A stretch of DNA of 20,000 nucleotides from Bacteriovoracaceae bacterium (GTDB lineage: Bacteria; Bdellovibrionota; Bacteriovoracia; Bacteriovoracales; Bacteriovoracaceae). Both the position numbers and the translations under genes were made by a program. Below, piece by piece: positions 6,665-14,855 of the stretch. The stretch lies in contig JABIHA010000086.1 of the NCBI GenBank assembly GCA_018649885.1, positions 119,059 to 139,058 of the forward strand. The letters are read 5' to 3'. How positions within the stretch are numbered: position 1 is the stretch's first letter; every line of letters starts with the position of its first letter. A model generated the notes under the pieces. That model had not been told where the DNA came from, made no database searches, and worked only from the letters and a program-made list of their open reading frames with translations.

Positions 6665-9175
6665 ATGCATATCTCACACAATCAGTGGGCAAAGAAAGTG
6701 CTATTTTTCATGATATCACTACTCATTTCAACTCAATTGGCCTTTAGTTCTGCAGGAAATATCCCCGTAAGAAAAGTCGACAAGCTATTCAAAAGTTTTG
6801 GTGTAGGTGTTGAATACAGCTATCAGTCTTTCAAAAATTTGGAAAAAGAGTTTGGTAAGAGGCTTACTAAAACCAATGATGATATTGGGACGGAAAACAA
6901 AGCTCTTAAAAAGGCTGAGAGAAAGCTAGAAGAGGCTAAGAAAAAAGAAGTAAAAATTGCCATCAAAAAAGCAAAAAAAGATATTGATAAATATGAAGAC
7001 AAGATTGAGGACTTAGAAGAAGTAAAACTATTTTATCAATATGCCATTATGGCCATGAAGTCAGTTGACCCCATTGGCGGAAGATTAAACTCCCAAAGAA
7101 TTTATGAAATAGAAGATCAACTATCTGAGCTCAAAAAGAAATATAAAAAGGCCATTATCCAAAGAAAGAAAAAACAAAAGGTCTATAAACAAGAAATTGA
7201 AAGTCTTGAAAGACAAAGACATGAGCTTCTAGGTGGAGGGCAAAGTCTTGAGTCCATGATTCAATTTAGTGAGCAAGTTGCTCTAGAAGAGGTTTTTGTT
7301 ATTCAAAAAAGACTTCTCTATGGTCTTATTTCTGAAGAGACAATTAGTTCATTTCCATTTTTTAAAATAATCTTCTCTCTTTTTCATCAGTTTGAAACCT
7401 ATGTTGACTATATAAACCCTGAAGATATTCATTCAATTATTGATAAAGAACAGGCCTTAAAAGAAGCTGGCTATTTAAAAGACCCAGAGACTTTTGGTCC
7501 CATTTCATTCGACCAGATTTCTCAAATGAGTTATGAGCAAATCTCAGAACTAGATGTTTCACCAAGAAACCCTGTATGGCATACAAAGAAGTATATGGCC
7601 GAGCACCAAAATCCTTATAGTGAATTTGAAACTTGGGTTGAAGACAGTGTTCAAAGTGAGATTTCTGATAAATACAAAGAGAAGTACCAAGGGGAATACA
7701 AATTAAAGAAAGCTAGAAAAGTATTATTCTTTAGTAAAATTAAGTCTAATGATTCAAATCCTAAAATCAACTCAAAGGATGCATTTGGTTATTCTTGGAA
7801 GGTTAAGTGGGGATCTGAAACACAATCAGAAACAGTTGCTGGAAGGCTCTACATGAAGCTTGGAGCGAAATACACTGATCCACTTTATGCAGCACCTTTT
7901 ATGAAAAAGAAAAAAGATGGTACTTTCAAAAAAGATCCTCTGACTTTAATTCTGGATAAAAAACCAGCTGATTACCAACCTAGAAAACTTACTGGGAAAG
8001 TGCGCAACTTTGCTAAAGAGTGTAATAAAGTTTACACCACTGAAGAGTTGGTAATTTGTTTAAAGGCATCTAAATATAAATTTAACCTAGCTCCTTATAT
8101 TCTTGAGAGTGGAACTATCACAGATGCAAATTACAAGGATATCTTAAAAGAGATGCCTAGTGATATCATGAAAAAGAAGTACAAAAAAAGCAAACAAGCT
8201 GGAAGAGACTATGTCCGCTTTGTGAATGCTTCAGTTGAGTTTAGAGGAAGTAATTCCATGCATAAGGGTGGACCAGCTGCCTATTCATCAATGGGTGCTA
8301 ATGACAACAGAGCAGGTAGAGGAACAGGTTTATTCAATCTTCTTATATGGAATATTGATGTAAGAGATCAAAATAATAAAAACTTTATTTTTGAGGGGTT
8401 TGAAAGTGGATCACCTCTAACATATATAGAATCTCAAACTGACCTTGGTGCTACAATGGGTGGGAAATTAGTTTCTGCCAAGATGAATTCATACAAAACA
8501 GATACTAATTTCGTTGAAAGAAAAAGACGAGCAGGCTCAGTTAATGGGATTCAGCACTATAAATTGAAATTTAAGCAGTTTACTCTTTATAGACCGATGG
8601 CCTGGATGGCAGCTTCTCATAGTGATATGCTTTGGATGGCGAAAAAGATCGCAAAGCTTACTGACCAAGATATTGCTGATGCTGTTAAGGTTAGTAAGTG
8701 GCCAAATTTTATGAAACGCGTTTATGAATACAAAATACAAAATAGAAGAAATCGTATTGCTGAGTTATATGGACTTCCGGTTCAGGTTTCAGAAGGTGAA
8801 TTTGTTGCATCTCCTGAGTTAGCAGCACCTAGCTTTAAAAGGAATTTATCAACTGCAAAACTGAGAAGATCAGTTGAAGCGGAGTATGGCCTAGCTGAAA
8901 AGAGTATTGATTTGGCGATGGTCAAAGGTAAGATTATGGATCTTGCTGGTAAGCCTTTGAAGAAGAAATTTCGAGGTGAAAATGGGGAGCTTCGGTTTGT
9001 TGATAAGCTTGTTAAGGATGGGAAAGTTGTTAATTGTGGGAAGACTGTTCTTACGGGGCTTCTGCAAAGTACGCAATTTCCTGCTGGGCTTCAGAGACGG
9101 ACTTCAAGGTTTACGGATAGTCGGGGGTTGAAGGAGTGTTGGTTTGGGCATCATCCTTTGAGGATAATTGAATAA
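6665..9175 (+). CDS. Large secreted Lys-rich protein with N-terminal coiled coil and putative atypical kinase-like domain
   Basis: 836-aa ORF with signal peptide ending AFS and a charged helical region. Motifs NPK...WKVKWG-SETQSE, WNIDVRDQNN and TDLGATMG. Confidence 0.65.
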   Translation: MHISHNQWAKKVLFFMISLLISTQLAFSSAGNIPVRKVDKLFKSFGVGVEYSYQSFKNLEKEFGKRLTKTNDDIGTENKALKKAERKLEEAKKKEVKIAIKKAKKDIDKYEDKIEDLEEVKLFYQYAIMAMKSVDPIGGRLNSQRIYEIEDQLSELKKKYKKAIIQRKKKQKVYKQEIESLERQRHELLGGGQSLESMIQFSEQVALEEVFVIQKRLLYGLISEETISSFPFFKIIFSLFHQFETYVDYINPEDIHSIIDKEQALKEAGYLKDPETFGPISFDQISQMSYEQISELDVSPRNPVWHTKKYMAEHQNPYSEFETWVEDSVQSEISDKYKEKYQGEYKLKKARKVLFFSKIKSNDSNPKINSKDAFGYSWKVKWGSETQSETVAGRLYMKLGAKYTDPLYAAPFMKKKKDGTFKKDPLTLILDKKPADYQPRKLTGKVRNFAKECNKVYTTEELVICLKASKYKFNLAPYILESGTITDANYKDILKEMPSDIMKKKYKKSKQAGRDYVRFVNASVEFRGSNSMHKGGPAAYSSMGANDNRAGRGTGLFNLLIWNIDVRDQNNKNFIFEGFESGSPLTYIESQTDLGATMGGKLVSAKMNSYKTDTNFVERKRRAGSVNGIQHYKLKFKQFTLYRPMAWMAASHSDMLWMAKKIAKLTDQDIADAVKVSKWPNFMKRVYEYKIQNRRNRIAELYGLPVQVSEGEFVASPELAAPSFKRNLSTAKLRRSVEAEYGLAEKSIDLAMVKGKIMDLAGKPLKKKFRGENGELRFVDKLVKDGKVVNCGKTVLTGLLQSTQFPAGLQRRTSRFTDSRGLKECWFGHHPLRIIE

Positions 9176-9402
9176 AAATATAAAGGCGTCTGCCGGAGCC
9201 GATTGCCGGGGCCGGTACCGTTTTCTTTTGCATAGTTATTGGGCCGGTTGAGGGCCTGTAGCAATTCAGTTGAGCTTTTCTTTGAAGATAATTAAATAAA
9301 ATTGAAATGTATTGGTGTCTGCCGGAGCCGGAGCCGATTGCCTGAGCCGTTTTCTTTTGCATAGTTATTGGCTCGGTTGTGAGTCTTTAGCAATCCAGTT
9401 GA
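9156..9402. repeat. Two imperfect tandem ~120-nt direct repeats (9156-9273 and 9280-9402) containing GCCGGA-type hexamer runs
   Basis: Shared blocks CTTTGARGATAATTRAATAAAA, GTCTGCCGGAGCCG, CCGTTTTCTTTTGCATAGTTATTGG and TAGCAATYCAGTTGA. The copies differ by substitutions and by hexamer-sized indels in the GCCG run. Confidence 0.9.
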
Positions 9403-9466
9403 CTAAGTAAAGGCACGCTTCGCTCAAGGCCTTGACTGAGTCGCCTTACTTGCTCTTTTTTGGGGA

Positions 9467-9485
9467 TAACGAGCTTTGCTCGTTA
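9467..9485. promoter_or_regulatory. Perfect 8-bp hairpin upstream of the four-helix-bundle gene
   Basis: TAACGAGC-TTT-GCTCGTTA, 22 nt before ATG 9508. Function unknown. Confidence 0.45.
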
Positions 9486-9507
9486 CATTTTTAGGAAGGA
9501 GAATGAA

Positions 9508-9822
9508 ATGGCATTGTATGACTTTAGGGTTTTTAACTTGGCGACTGATCTTTATCACCGGTGTGAAGAATTGAAGTTGGCTTATCATCTTAGATCTCAG
9601 CTTTCGCGGGCGAGTAGTAGTATTGCACTGAATATTGCGGAAGGGAGTGGGAAACGGACGTTTAAGGATCAGAGACGGTACTTCTATATTGCCTATGGGA
9701 GTTGTAAAGAGACTATTGCTATATTGACTCTAGCTAGGGCCTCAGATCCGCTTCTGCTTGATCTGGCGGATCATGTTGGTGCTTGTTTGTATAAATTATG
9801 TAATCGAAAGGCTCCCTCATAA
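9508..9822 (+). CDS. Four helix bundle protein (23S rRNA-IVP / TIGR02436-like; structural relative of DGR Avd)
   Basis: LRSQLSRASSSIALNIAEGSGK and RRYFYIAYGSCKE match the family signature QLxRAxxSIxxNIAEG...IAxGSxxE. AGGAGA RBS supports ATG 9508 (104 aa). Confidence 0.9.
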   Translation: MALYDFRVFNLATDLYHRCEELKLAYHLRSQLSRASSSIALNIAEGSGKRTFKDQRRYFYIAYGSCKETIAILTLARASDPLLLDLADHVGACLYKLCNRKAPS

Positions 9823-9832
9823 AGGAGTTTTT

Positions 9833-10804
9833 TTATCTGATGATGGCCATTCCAATAGGCCCGGCTCCAACACTTATTGTCGCTTCAACAGTATCTGTAA
9901 CCGTGTTAATGACTGAAACGGTATCACTTCCAAAATTTGTTACATACGCCTTGTTGTAATCACTGTCTACCAGGACATAGAACGGGGTTGTTCCTACTGT
10001 AATTGTGCCGGAGACTATTTTTGAGCTTGTGTGTATAACAGATACTGTTCCATCAGTTTCATTTGTTACATAGGCCTTACTATTGTCACTATTTAATGCA
10101 ATCCATTGTGGAACGGTACCTACAGTGATCGATGTGATCAGGGTACTTGTATTGGTGTTATAGACATGGACATTATTAGATCCTACGTCAGTGACATAAA
10201 GCATGCCTGAACTTGTATCTATTGCTAGCCCATGAGGGTTTGTTCCCATGGCAACTGTAGAGATTTTGGCATTTGTAATCGTATTATAAATATGAATGCC
10301 ATCAGTAAAATCTGAAATATAGGCCGTGTTATTTGTAGAATCTATTCTTATGTCTTGTATATTAGATCCAATCGTAACATTGGCAATTACTGCGTTGTCA
10401 GTTGCTGTGACTGAGTGAATGCCGGTGCCCGTGGAAGAGTCGACACAAAAAAGTCTATTTAAGGAAGTATCCATATCAACTCCACCATTCACATTACCTA
10501 CGGCAATTGTTCCAGAGATGGTCTGAGAGTTTGTATCAATCACCTGTACACTGGTACTGTTTAAATCGCCAACAAATGCTTTTTGGCTAGTTGAAGAGTA
10601 AGTAATGTGTGCAGGTTGGCTGCCAACAGATGATATGGTTTTAGAAACTTTTCTATCAGAAAGACTTACTACTGAAACAGACATATCAGTGAGATTGGTT
10701 ACATAAAGGTATCCAATACCAGAGTCTGAGCCTGGAGGACCGCCTTCTCCACAGGATGTAAAAATGACCAAAATCAAAAACTTCAAGATGATCAAAATTT
10801 TCAT
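9833..10804 (-). CDS. YVTN/YncE-family beta-propeller lipoprotein
   Basis: About seven ~42-aa repeats (LYVTN, KAYVTN..GTVSVI, TITVGxxP). Lipobox IFTSC after MKILIILKFLILV suggests start 10804. Confidence 0.88.
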   Translation of the reverse strand: MKILIILKFLILVIFTSCGEGGPPGSDSGIGYLYVTNLTDMSVSVVSLSDRKVSKTISSVGSQPAHITYSSTSQKAFVGDLNSTSVQVIDTNSQTISGTIAVGNVNGGVDMDTSLNRLFCVDSSTGTGIHSVTATDNAVIANVTIGSNIQDIRIDSTNNTAYISDFTDGIHIYNTITNAKISTVAMGTNPHGLAIDTSSGMLYVTDVGSNNVHVYNTNTSTLITSITVGTVPQWIALNSDNSKAYVTNETDGTVSVIHTSSKIVSGTITVGTTPFYVLVDSDYNKAYVTNFGSDTVSVINTVTDTVEATISVGAGPIGMAIIR

Positions 10805-10843
10805 GATGATTGGACCTTTAGTAAAACACTGCAAAAGAGCATA

Positions 10844-12589
10844 TTAAAATATAAATTTTTCTACCATTAACTGGATGTATTCTCTCCCGTTAAAGCGATT
10901 GATTCCCAAAGTGAACTGGACTTCAAGTTCTTCATGCTCTTGTCTACTGAAGAGCTCTTCAGGGGAAGGAGTGTTGAATTTTCCGATATAGTTAAAGCTT
11001 ATACCTCTGAATGTTTTAGAGGGCATAGACTTTGATTTTATGGACCATCTGACATGGATGTCTTTCATTAATTGATAAGAATCAATGGTGATATTTTGCA
11101 TTCTAAAGATTGGTTTTTTATTGCCCATTCCAAAGGGCTCTAATTGCTCAAGCTCTTTTAGAAGGTTAGCATTGATTTCTTCTGGACCAATTTGGATATC
11201 ATAAGTATCTTGTACCACTCTTAGAATTTCAGGAGTTTGAGATAATTCTTCATTTAAAGCTTTCTTCAAAAGAGGCAAGTTCTCTTGTTTCATGGAGAGT
11301 CCGGCAGCTGCCTTATGGCCTCCAAATTTAATAAAGAGATCTTTATTTTCTTGCAGTAAATCGAATATGGAAACTTGGCCTGCTGTCCTGGCACTGCCTT
11401 TTATAATCCCTTTTTCAGCAGAGTCAGAAAAAACAATACTTGGAACTTTAAATGTTTCCACCAGCTTTGAGGCCACAATTCCAATGACACCTTCATGCCA
11501 ATGGGGAGCATAAACCACATTAAAAACTGGAGCGTCGTCTTTTAATTCGGCAAGTACTTGCTCTTTTGCCTCTTTATACACATCTGCTTGGATAAATTTT
11601 CGCTCTCTATTGCAAATTTCAAGTTGGTTATATAGTAGCGAGCACTCTTCCCCATTATCGCTAATGAGAAGCTTTAACGCTTTTTCAGGGTGATCAAGTC
11701 TGCCCTTAGAATTAATCATTGGGCCTACATTAAAAGAAATTTTTTCCGAAGGTATAATTGGGTAAGCTCTTTCAGCACACGAAATAAACGCATTAAGACC
11801 TGGATAAGTCCCTTTTTTAATATAACTCAAACCATGCCTTGTAAGTTTGAGATTCATCGGAGTAAGGCGGGCCAAATCACAAATTGTTCCTATGGCCACA
11901 AAAGGGAGTAGCGGGTAGATACTTCCCATATCCATCCCTTTCTTGTGGAGATCTTTTTTAATTTGTAGGCATAAGGCGAAGGCGACCCCCACACCAGCTA
12001 AAAATTTTAATTCAGATTCCTCATCCTCATCTCTTCTATTGGGATTAACTATCTCATAGGCACTAGGCATCTGCTCTAAAGCATCTTTGTGATGATCGGT
12101 AATAATAAGGTCAACACCCTTAGTAAGAGCGTAATCACAGGCTTCACTATTGGTGATGCCACAATCAACTGTGATGAGAACTTTCACATCATTTTTCAAA
12201 GCCTCATCAATGGCACTTGGATGTACTCCATAGCCTTCAACAAATCTAGAGGGTTGATATAATTTGACCTCAACTCCAAGCATCTGGAAAAAGTGATAAA
12301 ACAGAGCACAAGAAGTTGTGCCATCAACGTCGTAGTCACCGTAGATACCTATTCCCTCGTTGCTCTCAAAGGCCTTTATTATGCGCTCAGAGGCCTTCGA
12401 CATGCCATGCATAGCAAGGAGATCTGGGAGTTCGTTTAGGTTACTAGATAAGAGGTTTTTAATTTGATCACTACTATATCCACGGTGGGATAAAATTCTT
12501 TCGATTGTAGGATTAAAACGTCTTTCGACATTGGAAGATTGCTCTGCACTTGGACGTGTTTGATTTCTAATTGACATGGTCGTAACCAT
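10844..12589 (-). CDS. recJ: Single-stranded-DNA-specific exonuclease RecJ
   Basis: YGDYDVDG, ITVDCG, IITDHH, GTICD, HEGVIGIVASKL, GSAR, FGGHKAAAG, LEPFGMGN. Start may be 12577. Confidence 0.96.
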   Translation of the reverse strand: MVTTMSIRNQTRPSAEQSSNVERRFNPTIERILSHRGYSSDQIKNLLSSNLNELPDLLAMHGMSKASERIIKAFESNEGIGIYGDYDVDGTTSCALFYHFFQMLGVEVKLYQPSRFVEGYGVHPSAIDEALKNDVKVLITVDCGITNSEACDYALTKGVDLIITDHHKDALEQMPSAYEIVNPNRRDEDEESELKFLAGVGVAFALCLQIKKDLHKKGMDMGSIYPLLPFVAIGTICDLARLTPMNLKLTRHGLSYIKKGTYPGLNAFISCAERAYPIIPSEKISFNVGPMINSKGRLDHPEKALKLLISDNGEECSLLYNQLEICNRERKFIQADVYKEAKEQVLAELKDDAPVFNVVYAPHWHEGVIGIVASKLVETFKVPSIVFSDSAEKGIIKGSARTAGQVSIFDLLQENKDLFIKFGGHKAAAGLSMKQENLPLLKKALNEELSQTPEILRVVQDTYDIQIGPEEINANLLKELEQLEPFGMGNKKPIFRMQNITIDSYQLMKDIHVRWSIKSKSMPSKTFRGISFNYIGKFNTPSPEELFSRQEHEELEVQFTLGINRFNGREYIQLMVEKFIF

Positions 12590-12621
12590 ACCACTGTAGA
12601 TTTATCAGTTAAAAGAAAAAG

Positions 12622-12870
12622 TTACCAAATTACGTGGATGCCCTTGATTAAATCAGCATCACTTAGCTCGTCGCAGCTTGCAAACATGTCGACTAGCTTT
12701 GTTTCGGCACCTTGTTCATGAACCTTTGTGAAGTAGTTAAGAGGTAGAAAAGCCTTTCCACATTTTGGACAGCGTTCTAACTCTTTTGTCGATTCTGCGA
12801 CTTTATCGCAAACGTGACATCTCTTTATTAAAGTTCTTTCTGAGTGAAAAATTTGTGCGCTCGATTTCAT
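12622..12870 (-). CDS. Small zinc-ribbon-like hypothetical protein
   Basis: CHVC...CPKC pairs in 82 aa. AGAGG RBS upstream on the minus strand. Co-oriented directly upstream of recJ. Confidence 0.7.
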   Translation of the reverse strand: MKSSAQIFHSERTLIKRCHVCDKVAESTKELERCPKCGKAFLPLNYFTKVHEQGAETKLVDMFASCDELSDADLIKGIHVIW

Positions 12871-12948
12871 TTGCTAACCTCTAATTAATGAAATCACACT
12901 CCCTTGCTGGTTTGCGAAATCACATCCTCGTGATCCGCGTTAATTTAG

Positions 12949-12976
12949 CTATCGTCCCGGCCAGCTCATAGGTTTA
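12949..12976 (-). promoter_or_regulatory. Putative sigma28 (FliA)-type promoter for the zinc-ribbon gene/recJ
   Basis: Minus strand TAAA-N16-GACGATAG. Confidence 0.45.
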
Positions 12977-13036
12977 GAAAAAAGGGCAATATTTGCCGAA
13001 AATAGTCCCAGCGTCGGAAATGCGCCTTGGGATTTC

Positions 13037-13067
13037 AAAAAGTTAGGGCCCTAATACTAGGGCCCTA
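13037..13067 (-). terminator. Intrinsic terminator after the 13116-14606 gene
   Basis: Minus strand TAGGGCCCTA-GTAT-TAGGGCCCTA followed by ACTTTTT. Each arm is itself a 10-bp palindrome. Confidence 0.75.
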
Positions 13068-13115
13068 TTCTATGATTTAAATGAGTTATAAACGTTTTAT
13101 TCGGTTGGTTAATGC

Positions 13116-14606
13116 CTAAATACGGCCTCTATTTCCAAAATTAACGGACCCTGGTCCATTGGTGTTAAAGCCTTGAGGTGCTTGTGGTGCATTGATAGGA
13201 CCATTGCTTGCAAAGCCTCTACCGATAATGGGACTTACTGTTGCCGATGATGGTGAAGTTTGAGTAGTACTAGTTACACCATTTGAAAATGAAGCAAAAC
13301 CAAAGGGCTCATTATTGATAGCTGCTGGATTTGTAGGAGCTTGTTGTCCCCATGGCGAGCCCATGACGATGGTATTGTTATTACCAAGGACAGTGAATCG
13401 ATCACTTCGTGATTGCTGAAAATGAGTTCCAATAAATTGGCCATAATCAAGTGGTGCGCTCGCAGGACCTGCATACTCACCGCCGTTATTAAATTGTCCG
13501 AGGCCCATGAAATCAACCATTTTAAGCATTGCTAGCTGTGCTTGGTAGTCAGGTTGTAATGTAAAGCTAGGCGCTGACTGACCAAGACCTAGTATAGAAG
13601 AAATATCATAGTTTGAATCTAAGAGTCCTCTCGCCGCAAGAAGTGGTGAGAAAAAACTTCTGAAGCTATTAGGTGTTACTGATTTTGCAGCGTGCTTATC
13701 TCTGCAAAGTGCACTGGAGACAAGGTCTTCAACTCTGTCGAGTTTTCTCTCAAGGCTTGAAGTTTTTTCCACGCCATCGATCATTTCAACTTGTTCTTCG
13801 AGTATCACTAATGCTGATTCAAATTGAACTGATAATGCATCAAGATCGACGCCTTCAGCTGCTTCAATTTTGATCTTGTTTAGACCTTCCGTTTTTTTGT
13901 AGAGGGCCAAGATTTGTTCTCTATCACTTTCTTCAGCTGTTAGTAGAAGCTCTTTTAGTTCTTCTCTAATTTTTCGTAACTCTTCTTTTGTTTCAGCCGA
14001 GATAAATTCAAGAGCGCCTTGCTCTTCAATAATTTTTTTGTGTTCTTCTTGATAGGCCGTAAATTTATCAAGTTCTTTGTGAGCTTTTTCGATTCTTACA
14101 TCAGAAAAAACATAATCACTATCTTTTCTATTTTTTCTAAGTCTACTGGTTTCTGATTCAACTGCTTCAACTCTCATTTTTAGTAGCTCTTCTTTTTCGC
14201 TATCAAAGCTTACTACGCTTTGAGAATATTGTTCGAGTTTCTCAGCACTAAATTGATCTTCAATTTTTGTGATTCTAAGCTCCAGTGCATCGATATCACC
14301 TTTTATAAGTGAAACTACAGGAACTGCGGGTAGATTATCTAGCTCAGTGCCGTCTATTACAAGCTCTTCTATTGGAGCATCTTTTTCAAGATCAGCAGCA
14401 GTTGGCTCTAGAATTTCGGGGGCTGGAGCATCTAAGGCGGCAGCATCAGCATCTTCAAGCACGGCTTCTTCATCTGCACTCGCAGGAAACCTAAGAGAGT
14501 AGAACTCACTTGAGCCTGACAATTGCTGTGAAAGATAGGGTAATGAAAAAGATGTAATCCCTAAAACGATAAAACTTAAGGCAATTAGCCTCTTCTTTGC
14601 TTGCAT
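13116..14606 (-). CDS. Hypothetical exported or membrane-anchored protein with acidic coiled coil and low-complexity N/G/S/P-rich tail
   Basis: Hydrophobic N-terminal segment, RFPAS motif and long E/K/L heptad-like region. CAGGAG RBS supports ATG 14606 (MQAKKR). Confidence 0.7.
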   Translation of the reverse strand: MQAKKRLIALSFIVLGITSFSLPYLSQQLSGSSEFYSLRFPASADEEAVLEDADAAALDAPAPEILEPTAADLEKDAPIEELVIDGTELDNLPAVPVVSLIKGDIDALELRITKIEDQFSAEKLEQYSQSVVSFDSEKEELLKMRVEAVESETSRLRKNRKDSDYVFSDVRIEKAHKELDKFTAYQEEHKKIIEEQGALEFISAETKEELRKIREELKELLLTAEESDREQILALYKKTEGLNKIKIEAAEGVDLDALSVQFESALVILEEQVEMIDGVEKTSSLERKLDRVEDLVSSALCRDKHAAKSVTPNSFRSFFSPLLAARGLLDSNYDISSILGLGQSAPSFTLQPDYQAQLAMLKMVDFMGLGQFNNGGEYAGPASAPLDYGQFIGTHFQQSRSDRFTVLGNNNTIVMGSPWGQQAPTNPAAINNEPFGFASFSNGVTSTTQTSPSSATVSPIIGRGFASNGPINAPQAPQGFNTNGPGSVNFGNRGRI

Positions 14607-14647
14607 CTCTAAACTCCTGTCTAAATAATTTATCAACACTTACTATT

Positions 14648-14662
14648 ACAAGTTTGATGCCA
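14648..14662 (-). promoter_or_regulatory. Putative sigma54 (-24/-12) promoter
   Basis: Minus strand TGGCAT-CAAAC-TTGT compared with consensus TGGCAC-N5-TTGC, about 40 nt upstream of ATG 14606. Confidence 0.55.
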
Positions 14663-14855
14663 GCTTTGGGCAATCCCTGTCTTGTTTAATCAGTTAATAT
14701 ATATGGAGGGGATTTGAGAGAGTGTACAAACAATTGACAGTGGCACACGGTTTTTTCACTGTGCGCATTTTAAATTAATCGCCTTTTTTTAAATTTAATG
14801 GCCTTTATCAAAACATAGCTTTGTTATTTAAAGTATCTTTATTTACAATTTCTAA

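Noticed and set aside
9111..9362. 83-aa minus-strand ORF with duplicated MQKKT...AIGSG motif
   Set aside because: It is simply the translation of the DNA repeat, overlaps the 3' end of the 836-aa gene, and has no clear RBS.
9156..9402. CRISPR array
   Set aside because: Only two long units are present, the sequence between the conserved cores is also homologous (no unique spacers), and there are no cas genes.
9156..9822. Diversity-generating retroelement (VR/TR pair plus avd)
   Set aside because: There is no reverse transcriptase in the window. The two repeats differ at C/T, G/T and indel positions rather than only at adenines. Most of the first copy lies outside the coding sequence.
9460..9822. 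23S rRNA intervening sequence context, and the longer TTG start at 9460
   Set aside because: No rRNA sequence flanks the gene. The RBS and family length favour ATG 9508.
14741..14756. Plus-strand sigma54 promoter at TGGCAC
   Set aside because: The -12 element reads TTTT rather than TTGC.
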